64,000 nucleotides of DNA from Halorarum halobium (GCF_032116555.1 NZ_CP134949.1:124001-188000), one strand, 5' to 3'. Shown: positions 50,818 through 60,777, counted from the stretch's first letter. Notes: generated by a model from the sequence alone, not told the origin. Numbers and translations are program-made.

Positions 50818-51747
50818 ATGGCAGATTTGCAAACCCAGGCGGAAGAGATACACGAGCAGTTTTCGGACCATCTGGACGTCCCCGTCGAGGAGGTCGAGGA
50901 GAAACTCGACGCGCTCGTCACCGAGTACAGCGTTCCCGTCGAGGAGGCGCGCCGCAGCGTCGTGAACTCCTACCTCGACGAGGCGGGGATGGAACGCGAC
51001 GAACTCGGCCCCGGCGGGGCTGAAGAGGCGCTCGTCGGCGAGATCGACGAGGACGAACGGTGGGTCGACCTCCGGGTGAAGGTTGCGGACCTCTGGGACC
51101 CCGGCCACGATTCCATCGCGCAGGTGGGCCTGCTCGGCGACGAGTCGGGCACCATCAAGTTCGTCGCCTTCGAGACGAGCGAACTCCCGGAACTCGAGGA
51201 GGGCACGAGCTACGCGCTGGGCAACGTCGTCACCGACGAGTACCAGGGCAACTACTCGGTGAAGCTGAACAAGACGACCACCATCACGGAGCTCGACGAG
51301 GAGATCGAGGTCGGCGACGACTCGACCGAGGTCGAGGGTGCGCTGGTGGACATCCAGTCCGGCTCCGGGCTCATCAAGCGCTGCCCCGAGGAGGACTGCA
51401 CCCGGGTGCTCCAGAACGGCCGCTGTAGCGAGCACGGCCAGGTCGACGGCGAGTTCGACCTGCGAATCAAGGCCGTCCTCGACGACGGCGAGTCCGTCCA
51501 GGAGGTCATCTTCGACGAGGAGGCGACGACCGACCTGACGGGCATCACGCTCGAGGAGGCCAAGGAGATGGCACAGGACGCCCTCGACACGACGGTCGTC
51601 GGCGAGGAGATGGCGGACCAGGTCGTCGGGCGCTACTACTGCGTCCGCGGGCCGACGTTCGGCCGCTACGTGCTCGTCGACGAGTTCGAGACGCTGGCCG
51701 GGCCGGCGGATGCCGAGGACGTGCTGATCAAAGCGAGGTCGATGTAG
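50818..51747 (+). CDS. rpa3: Replication protein A (OB folds + zinc finger), Rpa3-type
   Basis: QVGLLGDESGTIKF, GSGLIKRCP...C..H and DLRIKAVLDDG. About 309 aa. GGAGG SD. Confidence 0.88.
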   Translation: MADLQTQAEEIHEQFSDHLDVPVEEVEEKLDALVTEYSVPVEEARRSVVNSYLDEAGMERDELGPGGAEEALVGEIDEDERWVDLRVKVADLWDPGHDSIAQVGLLGDESGTIKFVAFETSELPELEEGTSYALGNVVTDEYQGNYSVKLNKTTTITELDEEIEVGDDSTEVEGALVDIQSGSGLIKRCPEEDCTRVLQNGRCSEHGQVDGEFDLRIKAVLDDGESVQEVIFDEEATTDLTGITLEEAKEMAQDALDTTVVGEEMADQVVGRYYCVRGPTFGRYVLVDEFETLAGPADAEDVLIKARSM

Positions 51748-52350
51748 ATGTCAGGAAACGTTCCCATGCGGGAGGTCGCCCGACGGGCGTTCGCCCGCGA
51801 GTACAACGACGCCAGCTACACGTTCAAGGAGTCCGACGACGAGCGCGCGCCGCTCTACTTGCTCCTCCCGACGGGGGAGCGGGCGAACCGCGTGTTCCTC
51901 GTCGGCACGCTCACCGAGAAGGAGGACGTGGGCGAGGACAGCGAGTACTGGCGCGGCCGCATCGTCGATCCGACTGGCACGTTCTTCACCTACGCCGGGC
52001 AGTACCAGCCCGAGGCAGCGAGCGCACTCCGGGAACTGGAGCCGCCGGCCTACGTCGCGGTGGTCGGCAAGCCGCGGACGTACGAGACCGACGACGGCAG
52101 CGTCAACGTCTCGGTCCGGCCGGAATCCATCTCGGCGGTCGACGCCGAGACCCGCGACCGCTGGGTCGTCGAGACGGCCCGCCGGACGCTCGAACGCGTC
52201 GAGGCGTTCGACGACGAGGGCAACGAGTACGCGCTGATGGCCCGCGAGGAGTACGACCTCCCGATGGAGGAGTACACCGACGCCGCCATCGCCGCGCTCG
52301 AATCGCTCGACGCCGGCGACGAACTCGAGGAGGAAGAGGCGCCCGCGTAG
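51748..52350 (+). CDS. rpap3: RPA-associated OB-fold protein
   Basis: REVARRAFARE, PTGERANRVF, DPTGTF..YAGQYQP and SVRPE. Abuts the rpa gene. Confidence 0.85.
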   Translation: MSGNVPMREVARRAFAREYNDASYTFKESDDERAPLYLLLPTGERANRVFLVGTLTEKEDVGEDSEYWRGRIVDPTGTFFTYAGQYQPEAASALRELEPPAYVAVVGKPRTYETDDGSVNVSVRPESISAVDAETRDRWVVETARRTLERVEAFDDEGNEYALMAREEYDLPMEEYTDAAIAALESLDAGDELEEEEAPA

Positions 52351-52398
52351 GTCCGGTTCGGATCGCGCGACGTACGACTCCGCGTTCCCCCCACGCGG

Positions 52399-52407
52399 TT
52401 TTTTTTT
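52399..52407 (+). terminator. Oligo-T terminator of the rpa operon
   Basis: T9 tract ~50 nt after the stop, preceded by a short CGCGT..ACGCG stem. Confidence 0.6.
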
Positions 52408-52448
52408 CGAACCGGCCGGCGGCGGGTTCGGACGCTTCCGGATGCGGT

Positions 52449-52552
52449 GGTGCGCGTGACGGCGAGCCCCCCTGTGGGGCTCGCAAACGCGTGCGAGGGA
52501 TGAGACGCGCAGCGAGCGTGCGAGCATCGCAATCAGTTGGGGAGGGTGTGGC
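52449..52552. repeat. Intergenic repeat, family B
   Basis: Aligns with 47903-47998 and ends in GGGGAGGGTGTGG. Confidence 0.75.
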
Positions 52553-52705
52553 CTGTAATCACCGCCAGCGACAGTAATCTGCTTCACAGCGAACCCCGCA
52601 ACGACGCTCGGCGGATCTACCAACTCCGTAACCCGTCGACGGAACTGAACGACATCACCGACGAACGCCCACTCCCTTTTCACCCCGGGGGTCCAAGCCC
52701 GGCGC

Positions 52706-53101
52706 ATGCGAGACGTCGAAGTCACGCGGTTCGTCGCGTCGTCGCCCCCGGAGGTACGCCGGAGCCTCACGCCGACGGCCGTCGTCGACGCCGAGGGGAG
52801 CTTCGACGTCCGCGAGGTGACCGAGACCGACGACGGGACCGTGCTGACCGCCGGCCGGATGGGGATGGAACTCACCTTCCGGTTCGAGGAGCGGGACGAC
52901 GGCCTCGTCTACGAGCAGGTCGAGGGGCCGCTCTCGACGCTCGAAACCACGATCACGGTCCGGCCGAAGAACGAGGGCGCGGAGCTGGTCGCCCGATCGA
53001 CCGTCGCCGTGGGCGGTCCCGACGTCGTGGACCGACTGGCCGCCTGGAAGCGACGCGGCGAACTGGAACGCGGGCTGCTGGTGCTCTCCAAACGGGTCTG
53101 A
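52706..53101 (+). CDS. SRPBCC/START-like (polyketide cyclase) protein
   Basis: 131-aa ORF with helix-grip-like pattern (YEQVEGP..LETTITV; DRLAAWKRR.EL). Confidence 0.7.
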   Translation: MRDVEVTRFVASSPPEVRRSLTPTAVVDAEGSFDVREVTETDDGTVLTAGRMGMELTFRFEERDDGLVYEQVEGPLSTLETTITVRPKNEGAELVARSTVAVGGPDVVDRLAAWKRRGELERGLLVLSKRV

Positions 53102-53213
53102 CCCGACGTCGTCTCGGCCGAGCGCGGTGATGGTCCATCCGTGCCGATTCGGCCGTGCACGGACCGCGGACGACCGCTCCTGAATTGAAGTGGCACGCGA
53201 CGAGAGATCGGGC

Positions 53214-53448
53214 ATGGGGCTCGTTAGCACGGTCGTCGAGGCGTTCGCCGCCTCGACGCAGTCGGCGAACCGCGGCGAACCGCGGCGAGGGCGGCGAGGA
53301 GACCTCGGCGGGAGCGTACTGGTGTCACGACTGCGGCGAGCGGATTCGCGACGCCGACGTCGAGGGTGACACCCCGCCGGCGTGCCCCGACTGCGGCGAC
53401 GAGATGGCGTTCGAGTGCTCGGCCGCGTCGACCGGCTGCGCCTGCTGA
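53214..53448 (+). pseudogene. Small CPxCG-type zinc finger gene frameshifted by a 10-bp duplication
   Basis: Removing one CGGCGAACCG (53263-53282) gives a clean 74-aa ORF MGLVSTVVEAF...YWCHDCG...CPDCG...GCAC. TATA-like AATTGAAG at 53183. Confidence 0.75.
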
Positions 53449-53456
53449 TGGCCGAT

Positions 53457-53645
53457 GAACCTGAACCTTCTTCACGGAAATCCTCTCTCGCTCGCTTCGT
53501 TCGCTCACTCGTCGACCCCCTGCAACACCCGTTCATGCCGAGGGATTCCTTTGGAAGCCCACTGCTGACGGAATCGAAGCTTTCCCGATCAAACTGCCCC
53601 GAGCGCGGTCGGCGCGGCGAACTCGCCTCCCCGGGTCACGGTACG
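53457..53645. repeat. Palindromic repeat, family A (degenerate inverted copy, with double-hairpin insert)
   Basis: GAACCTTC...CACTCGTCGACCCCCTGCAACACCCGTTCATGCC-GAGGGATTCC...ACTGCTGACGG...GCCTCCC..CGGTACG. Confidence 0.8.
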
Positions 53646-53680
53646 ACTGCTGGTGGCACCGCCGTCGGATTGCCGCACTC

Positions 53681-54961
53681 CTACAGCGCGATCGGATCGT
53701 CCGTCAGTTCCGGGAACGGGTTGTCGAACGACTCCCGGTCCTGGTCGAGTTCCGTCTCGGTGAGCAGGCAGTCCTCCAGCGCCGCCCGGACCGCCGGCTC
53801 GTCCATCTCGCGGCCGATGACGACCAGTTCGGTCCGCCGGTCGCCGAACTCCTCGTCCCACTCCACGTCGGGGTTCATCCGGCGCTGCATCTCCCGGCGC
53901 GACTCATCCATCGCGGCCATCCACTGCCGGTCGGGTTCGACCCGAACCGAGGGGCCGGCCTGACCCAGGAACAGCGCCGTCTCGTCCCGCCCGGCGACCC
54001 AGATGGTCCCCTTCGATCGGATCACTGAGTCGGGGAGGTCGCGGGCGAACGCCGCGAAGCGCTCGGGGTGGAACGGCCGGCGCGCGCGGAAGACGAACGA
54101 GTCCACGCCGTACTCCGACTGGGGCGTGTGGCGGTCGTGGTCGGCGTGGTCCGCGTCGCCGTCGTGTTCGCCGTGTTCGTCGCTGCCGCCCTCGCCGTGT
54201 TCGTGCCCATCGTCGCCGTGGTGGTGCCCCTCGGCGTGTTCGGCCGCCCGCTGCCAGGCGGCCGTCTCGCTCACCGTGTCCACGTCGAACAGCCCGGTCC
54301 CGAGCAGTTTGCCGGGGTCGACGGCGCCGTGGGTCGTCCGGACGATTCGCGCCCGGGGGTTGAGCGATTCGAGCAGGTCCTCGGTCCCCGCCAGCGCCGC
54401 CTCGTCCACGAGGTCGCACTTGTTCACGAGCAGCACGTCCGCACACTCGACCTGCCCGACGAGCAGGTCCGAGATGGGGCGCGTCTCGCCGTCCCGGCGT
54501 TCGGCCTGGCCGGGTCGCTTCCGACGAAGGTCCTCGGTCGTCACGAGGTCCTCCTCCGCGAGCGTCTCGCGGAACGTCTCCGCGTTGACGACGGTCGCGA
54601 GCGTGTCGAGGTCGTAGGGAGCCGAGGCGGCACCCGTGGTGAACAGTCGTGCGACCGGGGCCGGCTCGGAGATGCCCGACGACTCGACGACGAGGTGATC
54701 GAACTCGCGTTCGCGGGCGAGTTTGCTCACCGCCACCTCGAGGTCGTCCCGGAGGTCACAGCAGATACAGCCGTTCGAGAGCTCCGCGACGCCGTCCGCG
54801 CCGGCCTCGACGCGCTCGGCGTCGACGTTCACTTCTCCCATGTCGTTGACGAGGACGGCGATCCGTCGCCCCCCGGGGTTCGAGAGCAGGTGGTTCAGCG
54901 TCGTCGTCTTCCCCGCCCCGAGCGACCCGCTGAGTATCGTCACCGGCGTCCCGCCGTTCAT
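53681..54961 (-). CDS. CobW/COG0523 metallochaperone GTPase
   Basis: GSLGAGKTT, VNDMGE, GCICC, ESSG, NKCD, His-rich linker and CobW_C motif RPFHPERF..RSKG. Confidence 0.93.
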   Translation of the reverse strand: MNGGTPVTILSGSLGAGKTTTLNHLLSNPGGRRIAVLVNDMGEVNVDAERVEAGADGVAELSNGCICCDLRDDLEVAVSKLAREREFDHLVVESSGISEPAPVARLFTTGAASAPYDLDTLATVVNAETFRETLAEEDLVTTEDLRRKRPGQAERRDGETRPISDLLVGQVECADVLLVNKCDLVDEAALAGTEDLLESLNPRARIVRTTHGAVDPGKLLGTGLFDVDTVSETAAWQRAAEHAEGHHHGDDGHEHGEGGSDEHGEHDGDADHADHDRHTPQSEYGVDSFVFRARRPFHPERFAAFARDLPDSVIRSKGTIWVAGRDETALFLGQAGPSVRVEPDRQWMAAMDESRREMQRRMNPDVEWDEEFGDRRTELVVIGREMDEPAVRAALEDCLLTETELDQDRESFDNPFPELTDDPIAL

Positions 54962-55009
54962 GTGTGGGACAGTAGCGTGGCCTACACTTATCAACCACGT
55001 TCCCCGGCC

Positions 55010-55082
55010 GCCGACGCTGGGCCGGCGCTGTGCCAACGCTGTGCCGACGCTGGGCCGGCACTGTGCCGGCACTGTGCCGGCG
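55010..55082. repeat. 11-bp tandem repeat (~6.5 copies)
   Basis: Units of GCC(G/A)(G/A)C(G/A)CTG(T/G) at 55010, 55021, 55032, 55043, 55054, 55065 and 55076. Confidence 0.85.
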
Positions 55083-55187
55083 AACCCTCGTGGTCCGGTC
55101 AGCGACCGTTCGACGCGACCGCGTCGAGACCGGTCGAGCGCGTAAGATGCAGGTAACAATGGCCGAAACCGCAGTAGGAGGTCCCAC

Positions 55188-56021
55188 ATGCGAGCGCCAT
55201 CGAACGAGTTCCAGCCGTACCTCGCACCGGACGAGTCGCTCATCGACGCCGGTTCGGGGGCGCTCGTCACCGACGCGTATCGCAGAGAGGGGTCCATCGG
55301 CGTCACCGACCGCCGCCTGCTGTTCGTCTCCGAGGACGGCGAGTACGTGGACGTTACGCGGGCGGGCATCTCCTGGATCCGGAGCCAGCCCCGGACGTCG
55401 GTTTCGGCCCGGAGCCTCAGATGCCGGGGACTGGCGGTCGGCGGCGCGCTCGTCGCGCTGGTCGGCTTCCTCGCCGCGGCGGCCCTGACCGGGAGCGTCC
55501 TCGGCGCGGCGCTCGTCCTCGGCAGCGTCGGCGGGTTCGTGCTCGCGGAGTCCGTCCGGAGAACCGGCGTCGAGGCCATCCGGAACGCGGTAGCGAGGGT
55601 CGAACGACGACTCCCCGACGGGCTCGACCGGCCGGACTGGCTGGCGGACGCCGACCGGGTTCGGCAACGCGCCGTCGGCCGAGCGACCGACGACCGGCAA
55701 CTAGTCGTGCTCGGCATCTGCTGTCTCGCGCTGGGCGCGCTGATCGGCCCGGTCGCGCTCGCCGGGAGCCTGGCCGTGGTGCCCCTCACGCTCGTGACGC
55801 TCTGCGGGCTCGCGGCGGCCGAGTACGCCGCTCGACGCGAGCGGGAGCTGAAGGACGTCGGCGGAACCCGGCGACACGAGCGGGAGGTGGACATCCACCT
55901 CGTCGGGGGCAACACCGTGCGCCTCCGGGTCGACTCGGCCGAGCGGATCGACCACGCGCTGAGCAGGGTTCTCGGCGGCCGGAGGAACGAGCTCCCGGAC
56001 CCGGCGTCGCGTCGGGCCTGA
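55188..56021 (+). CDS. Hypothetical membrane protein (PH-like domain interrupted by TM hairpins)
   Basis: GGAGGT SD, YLAPDESL..IGVTDRRLLFV, and four hydrophobic segments. Confidence 0.7.
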   Translation: MRAPSNEFQPYLAPDESLIDAGSGALVTDAYRREGSIGVTDRRLLFVSEDGEYVDVTRAGISWIRSQPRTSVSARSLRCRGLAVGGALVALVGFLAAAALTGSVLGAALVLGSVGGFVLAESVRRTGVEAIRNAVARVERRLPDGLDRPDWLADADRVRQRAVGRATDDRQLVVLGICCLALGALIGPVALAGSLAVVPLTLVTLCGLAAAEYAARRERELKDVGGTRRHEREVDIHLVGGNTVRLRVDSAERIDHALSRVLGGRRNELPDPASRRA

Positions 56022-56119
56022 TGGCCCCCCGGCGCTTCGAGCCGGACGGCCGTCGGCGACGAAGCGCCGGACGGGCGGGTCCCGATACCCTTTTGCACGG
56101 CCCCATGTCAGGTGCCCAC

Positions 56120-56416
56120 ATGGACCTGACTGACCGAATCGCCGCGTTCCGCGAGACGGTCGAGGAGTGGCTCAGGGGGCTCTATCACGGGATGATCTCC
56201 CACCCGGCGTACGAACTCATCGAGAAGGAGGCCGAGGACCAGGAGGACGCGTTCCTGCTCGCCTGCTTTCCCGACGCGTTCGGCATCCCCAGCCCGGTGT
56301 CGTACTACACGGCCGAGCTGCTCCCGTATCTCGGCGCGGAGTTCGAGCAGTGGGAGCGCCGGATGTGGGACCGCGGGTCGATGCTCGAACGGAAGGGCCA
56401 GCAGTACCACTTCTGA
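56120..56416 (+). CDS. Small CstA/ArsA-associated protein
   Basis: 98 aa with EDAFLLACFPDAFGIPSPVSYYTAELLPYL..F..W.RRM. Stop overlaps the arsA start (TGATG). Confidence 0.8.
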   Translation: MDLTDRIAAFRETVEEWLRGLYHGMISHPAYELIEKEAEDQEDAFLLACFPDAFGIPSPVSYYTAELLPYLGAEFEQWERRMWDRGSMLERKGQQYHF

Positions 56417-57375
56417 TGGGACGATACGTGTTCTTCGGCGGCAAGGGCGGCGTCGGCAAGACGACCGTCTCCTCGGCGTACGCCCACAAGTGTGCGGGCG
56501 CGGACCTCGACACGCTGCTCGTCTCGACCGACCCGGCCCACAGCACCGCCGACGTGTTCGATCAGCGGTTCGACGACGACCCGACGCCCGTGGACGGCTA
56601 CGACTCGCTGGAGGTGATGGAGATCGACCCCGAGGAGGCCGTCGACGAGCACCTCATGGGGATCAAGCGCCAGCTCGGCGACCAGGTGAGCCCGGCGATC
56701 GTCAACGAGATCGACCGCCAGATCGAACTGGCCCACCAGACGCCGGGCGCACACGAGGCGGCGCTGTTCGACCGATTCATCGACGTGATGCGCGAGAGCG
56801 AGCACGACCGCGTCGTCTTCGACACCTCCCCGACCGGCGGGACGCTCCGCCTGCTGTCGCTGCCCGAGTACCTCGGCGGCTGGATCGACCGGCTGCTCTC
56901 GAAGCGCGAGAAGAGCGTCGACCTGTACGAGAAGTCCGCCATCGGCGGGCGAGAGCCGCGCCGAACCGCCGTCGGCGACCCGATCATCGCCCGCCTCCGC
57001 GAGCGGAAGGAGAACTTCGAGTTCGCCGGCGAGACGCTGCGCGAGGAGGCCGCGTTCTACCTCGTCGCCAACCCGGACGAGCTGTCGATCCGGGAGACGA
57101 GACGCGCCATCGCCAGCCTCGCCGAACGCGACCTCCAGGTCGCCGGCCTGGTGGCGAACCGCCTGACGCCCGAGCCGGAGCCCCACGAGGAGGGACGGGG
57201 GGCGCGGTTCCTCCGCGACCGCGTCGAGACCGAGCGCGAGCGCGTGCGGGAACTGGAGGAGACGTTCGACCCGCCGGTCGTCGCCAGGATCGAGACACGG
57301 GTCGCCGAGATCAAGGGCGACTTACTCGACGACGTCTCCCGCGAGCTCGACATCGCCGCCGATCTCGTCGCCTGA
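56416..57375 (+). CDS. ArsA/GET3 family ATPase (single domain)
   Basis: GGKGGVGKTT, STDPAHS and FDTSPTG.TLRLL.LP. Confidence 0.92.
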   Translation: MGRYVFFGGKGGVGKTTVSSAYAHKCAGADLDTLLVSTDPAHSTADVFDQRFDDDPTPVDGYDSLEVMEIDPEEAVDEHLMGIKRQLGDQVSPAIVNEIDRQIELAHQTPGAHEAALFDRFIDVMRESEHDRVVFDTSPTGGTLRLLSLPEYLGGWIDRLLSKREKSVDLYEKSAIGGREPRRTAVGDPIIARLRERKENFEFAGETLREEAAFYLVANPDELSIRETRRAIASLAERDLQVAGLVANRLTPEPEPHEEGRGARFLRDRVETERERVRELEETFDPPVVARIETRVAEIKGDLLDDVSRELDIAADLVA

Positions 57376-57502
57376 GCCCCGGATCGCGGCCGTTTCGACC
57401 CACGGAACCTACTGTTCACGAGTAGGTGAGACCTGCCAGCGCGAATCAATCATCAACGAACGCAACATTTAATTGGCCTATATTCATGGGCCATACTGTA
57501 CC

Positions 57503-59335
57503 ATGGTACAAATTGCCGTCCTGGTCATCGCCTCGTTACTAACGTTCTCGGCGGGTTACCTCGCGTACTCGAGGTACCTGAGCCAGTTCGTCGAACTGGA
57601 CGAGGACGCGGAGACACCGGCGCACAAATACGAGGACGGGCAGGAGTACGTCCCGTCCAAGAAACCGGTACTCCTGGGGCATCACTATTCGAGCATCGCG
57701 GGCGGAGCACCAATCGTCGGGCCCATCACGGCGGGCGCGGCGTTCGGGTGGCTCCCGGCCATCGCGTGGATCGCCATCGGGAACCCCCTGATGGGCGCGG
57801 TCCACGACTTCATGGCGCTCTCGGCCAGCGTCCGGCACGAGGGCAAGTCGATCGGCTACATCGTCGGCGAGTACGTCGGCGAGCGCGGGAAGGACATGCT
57901 GCTGTGGTTCGCCTTCCTGACGATCATCCTCGTCATCGCCGTGTTCGCGCTGGTGGTCGGCGTCGTGTTCGACGCCTACCCGTCCTCGGCGACCGCGAGC
58001 ATGATCTACATCGCGCTGGCGCTCGTGTTCGGGGTGTACCTGTACCAGCTCGACCTCCCGTTCCTGCCCGGTGCTGTCGGGTTCGTCGCGCTCGTGTTCG
58101 GGGGCGTCTGGGTCGGGCTCCAGTACCCGGTCGCGCTGGTCGACACCGGCGCGCACTCGGCCGACACGATCCACCTGCTCGGCGCCGCGTCGGCCTGGGA
58201 CTGGCTGCCGCTCGCCGGGGCACAGAACGCCAACGTGGCCGCCTGGGTTCCGGTGATCGTCGTGTACGGCTTCGTCGCCAGCGTGCTCCCGGTCTGGATC
58301 CTGCTCCAGCCGCGTGACTTCCTCACGTCGAGCCTGCTGTACGTCGGCGTCGGCGGCATGCTGCTGGGCATCCTCGTCGCGACGGCCATCTCGGTGTTCG
58401 GCGGCGGCTTCTCGGTCGGCTACGCCGGGACGACCTACACCAGCCTCGAGACGAACCTCCCGGCGTTCCTCGGCTTCACGAGCGCGCTGGGGCCGATTTT
58501 CCCGTTCCTGTTCGTCACCATCGCGTGCGGGACGATCAGCGGGTTCCACTCGCTGGTCTCCTCGGGGACGACCGCGAAACAGCTGAACAACGAGACGGAC
58601 GCGCGCGACATCGGCTACGGCGCGATGCTCGGCGAGGGACTGCTCGCGACGACCGCCGTCGCGGCGCTGGCCATCATCGGTACGACCAACTTCGGTGCCG
58701 GCATCGTCGGCGCGCTCGCCAACTTCCCGGCCGGCGGCGCGGTGATGCTCGGGGCCGGCTTCGGCATCCCGACCGCTGCGGGGGCGGCGTTCATCGGCCT
58801 GGTGTTCGTCAGCTTCCTGCTGACCTCGACCGACACGGCCGTCCGGCTCGGCCGCTACATGTTCGAGGAGATCATCGGGACGCCCGAGACGAGCCTGGAG
58901 AAGACGACGACGAACCGCTACGTCAACGCGGGGCTCCTGCAGTGTCTCCCGGCGTACCTGCTCGTCGGCTCCGGCCAGTGGAGCAGCCTCTGGCCGCTGT
59001 TCGGCGGCGCGAATCAGACGCTCGCCGCGCTCGCGCTGCTGGCGGCGACGCTGTGGCTCGCCAACTGGGACGACAACAAGCAGCTCATCAGCACGGGCGT
59101 CCCGATGGCGCTGATGCTGGTGGTCACCATCACGGCGCTGCTGTGGATCGGGTTGTACCGCGCGCCGACGTCGCTGCTGGGCGCCGATACGCTCGTCAAC
59201 CAGATATCGTTCGCCATCCAGATCATCATCTCGCTCACGCTGGTGTATCTGGCCCTGTCGCTCGCGAAGCTGGGGTACGACAACATCCAGCAGGCGCGCG
59301 GTTCCCCGGGAGGGACCGCGCCGAGCGACGACTAG
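57503..59335 (+). CDS. cstA: Carbon starvation protein A family transporter
   Basis: TPAH...DGQEYVP, GHHYSSIAGGAPIVGP, LLQPRD, TIACGTISGFH, GYGAMLGEG and WPLFGGANQ. Confidence 0.94.
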   Translation: MVQIAVLVIASLLTFSAGYLAYSRYLSQFVELDEDAETPAHKYEDGQEYVPSKKPVLLGHHYSSIAGGAPIVGPITAGAAFGWLPAIAWIAIGNPLMGAVHDFMALSASVRHEGKSIGYIVGEYVGERGKDMLLWFAFLTIILVIAVFALVVGVVFDAYPSSATASMIYIALALVFGVYLYQLDLPFLPGAVGFVALVFGGVWVGLQYPVALVDTGAHSADTIHLLGAASAWDWLPLAGAQNANVAAWVPVIVVYGFVASVLPVWILLQPRDFLTSSLLYVGVGGMLLGILVATAISVFGGGFSVGYAGTTYTSLETNLPAFLGFTSALGPIFPFLFVTIACGTISGFHSLVSSGTTAKQLNNETDARDIGYGAMLGEGLLATTAVAALAIIGTTNFGAGIVGALANFPAGGAVMLGAGFGIPTAAGAAFIGLVFVSFLLTSTDTAVRLGRYMFEEIIGTPETSLEKTTTNRYVNAGLLQCLPAYLLVGSGQWSSLWPLFGGANQTLAALALLAATLWLANWDDNKQLISTGVPMALMLVVTITALLWIGLYRAPTSLLGADTLVNQISFAIQIIISLTLVYLALSLAKLGYDNIQQARGSPGGTAPSDD

Positions 59336-59722
59336 GCCGGCGGACGACGGAGCTCCCGTGACCGCACGGCACGGTCACGGGGCGAACGCACGGGCGCTGC
59401 GGCGCGGTCGGCGGACCGAGCCGCCGCCGGGCGCTCCGGGCCGACGGTCCGGACCGCTCGACGAGCGGGGGCGACCCCGCTCCCCACGGATCGAACGCCC
59501 CGGCACCCGCCGGGGACGAGCCGATGACTGCCCTCCATGGACACGGTCCGGGCCAGCCCCGGACCCGGCGCGGTTCCGCCCCGATTCTTTCACCCCACCC
59601 ATCGAGCGACGGCTCCGCGGTCGGTCGCGTTCCTCGAACGAGCGTGACGACGGTGACGGGACCGACGACGGCAGCACCGCCGCCGACTGCGACGACCCGA
59701 GAAAACTGACCGTGGCGCCGCG

Positions 59723-60337
59723 TCAGCGACCGAACAGCCCGGAGAGCCGCGAGAGGAGTCCGCCATCGCGTCCCTCGTCGGGGTCGGCCCAGCCGGCGAA
59801 CGCGCGCCACACGTCGGCGTTCGTGCTCGCGACGTGCTCCTCGGCCTCGGGCGCGACGACGACGAGGTTCACCTCGTAGTGGCCGTAGTAGCCCCACCTG
59901 ATGAGCGTCCGCTCGCGGAAGCCCGAGACGAACGAGCGCACGTCCTCGGGCACCTCGGGCGCGACGACGACGAAGGTGAAGTCGGTGCTCTGGTGCTGTT
60001 CGTCGGCGTCGATCCAGTCGTCGGCCAGGTCGTCGGCCATCCCGACGTAGCGCTCCAGCATCGCGATCGTGACCGCGTCGGCCCGGCGGGCGAACAGGTG
60101 CTCCTCGATGGCGTGGTTGCCGTAGTTGATCGACTGGTGGATGAACTTCTTGCGGTTCTCCATCCGCAGCCGGCCGTACAGCGGGAAGCGCTCGCCGTCG
60201 ACCCGCCTGTCACGGTCCAGGTCGTAGTTGAACCTCAGGTCGTTCGCCACCCGGTCGAGGTACTCGTCGTCCCACTCGGGAATCTCCGGCTCCTCCTCCT
60301 CCGGCTCGATGCCGGGCGGAAACGGGTCGTCGCTCAT
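59723..60337 (-). CDS. Conserved hypothetical protein
   Basis: 204-aa acidic ORF overlapping the cupin stop (ATGA). Confidence 0.75.
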   Translation of the reverse strand: MSDDPFPPGIEPEEEEPEIPEWDDEYLDRVANDLRFNYDLDRDRRVDGERFPLYGRLRMENRKKFIHQSINYGNHAIEEHLFARRADAVTIAMLERYVGMADDLADDWIDADEQHQSTDFTFVVVAPEVPEDVRSFVSGFRERTLIRWGYYGHYEVNLVVVAPEAEEHVASTNADVWRAFAGWADPDEGRDGGLLSRLSGLFGR

Positions 60338-60705
60338 GCGTCCTCGTAGGCGTGGGCGTCGTCGGCCGCGGGCGGCGCGCCCACGACCAGCGCGACGGTC
60401 TCCTCGCCGTCCTCCGGGACGTGTGCGAACTGCGGGCTCCCCGGCTCGACGACGAACGCCTCGCCCGCGTCGACGACGTACGTCTCCTCGGGCGTGTCGA
60501 CGTGGAGTTCGCCCGAGACGACGTAGAACGCCTCCTCCTGCTCGTCGTGGTAGTGGTACGCGAGCGGAATCTCCTCGCCCGGCGCGACCTCGTACTGGTG
60601 GAGCGCGAACCGTTCGAGCCCGCAGGCGTCGCTGATGGACCGCTTGACGCTCGGGCGGTCGGGGGCGGCCGCGAGCGCCGACGGGTCCACGTGATGGTAG
60701 CTCAT
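60334..60705 (-). CDS. Cupin domain protein
   Basis: YHYHDEQEEAFYVVSG..VEPGSPQ. Confidence 0.87.
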   Translation of the reverse strand: MSYHHVDPSALAAAPDRPSVKRSISDACGLERFALHQYEVAPGEEIPLAYHYHDEQEEAFYVVSGELHVDTPEETYVVDAGEAFVVEPGSPQFAHVPEDGEETVALVVGAPPAADDAHAYEDA

Positions 60706-60777
60706 ACCGTCACCTACGCGTGCCCCCTCAAAAGGCCCACGACAAACGTTAACTATCGAGCAGTACAATCCGGGGAC

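Noticed and set aside
56416..57375. Arsenic resistance operon
   Set aside because: The ATPase is single-domain without the metalloid-binding Cys set, and no arsB, acr3, arsC, arsD or arsR is adjacent.
59336..59722. Long intergenic region after cstA as a possible sRNA or gene
   Set aside because: I found no convincing promoter, conserved motif, match to the repeat families or coding signature.
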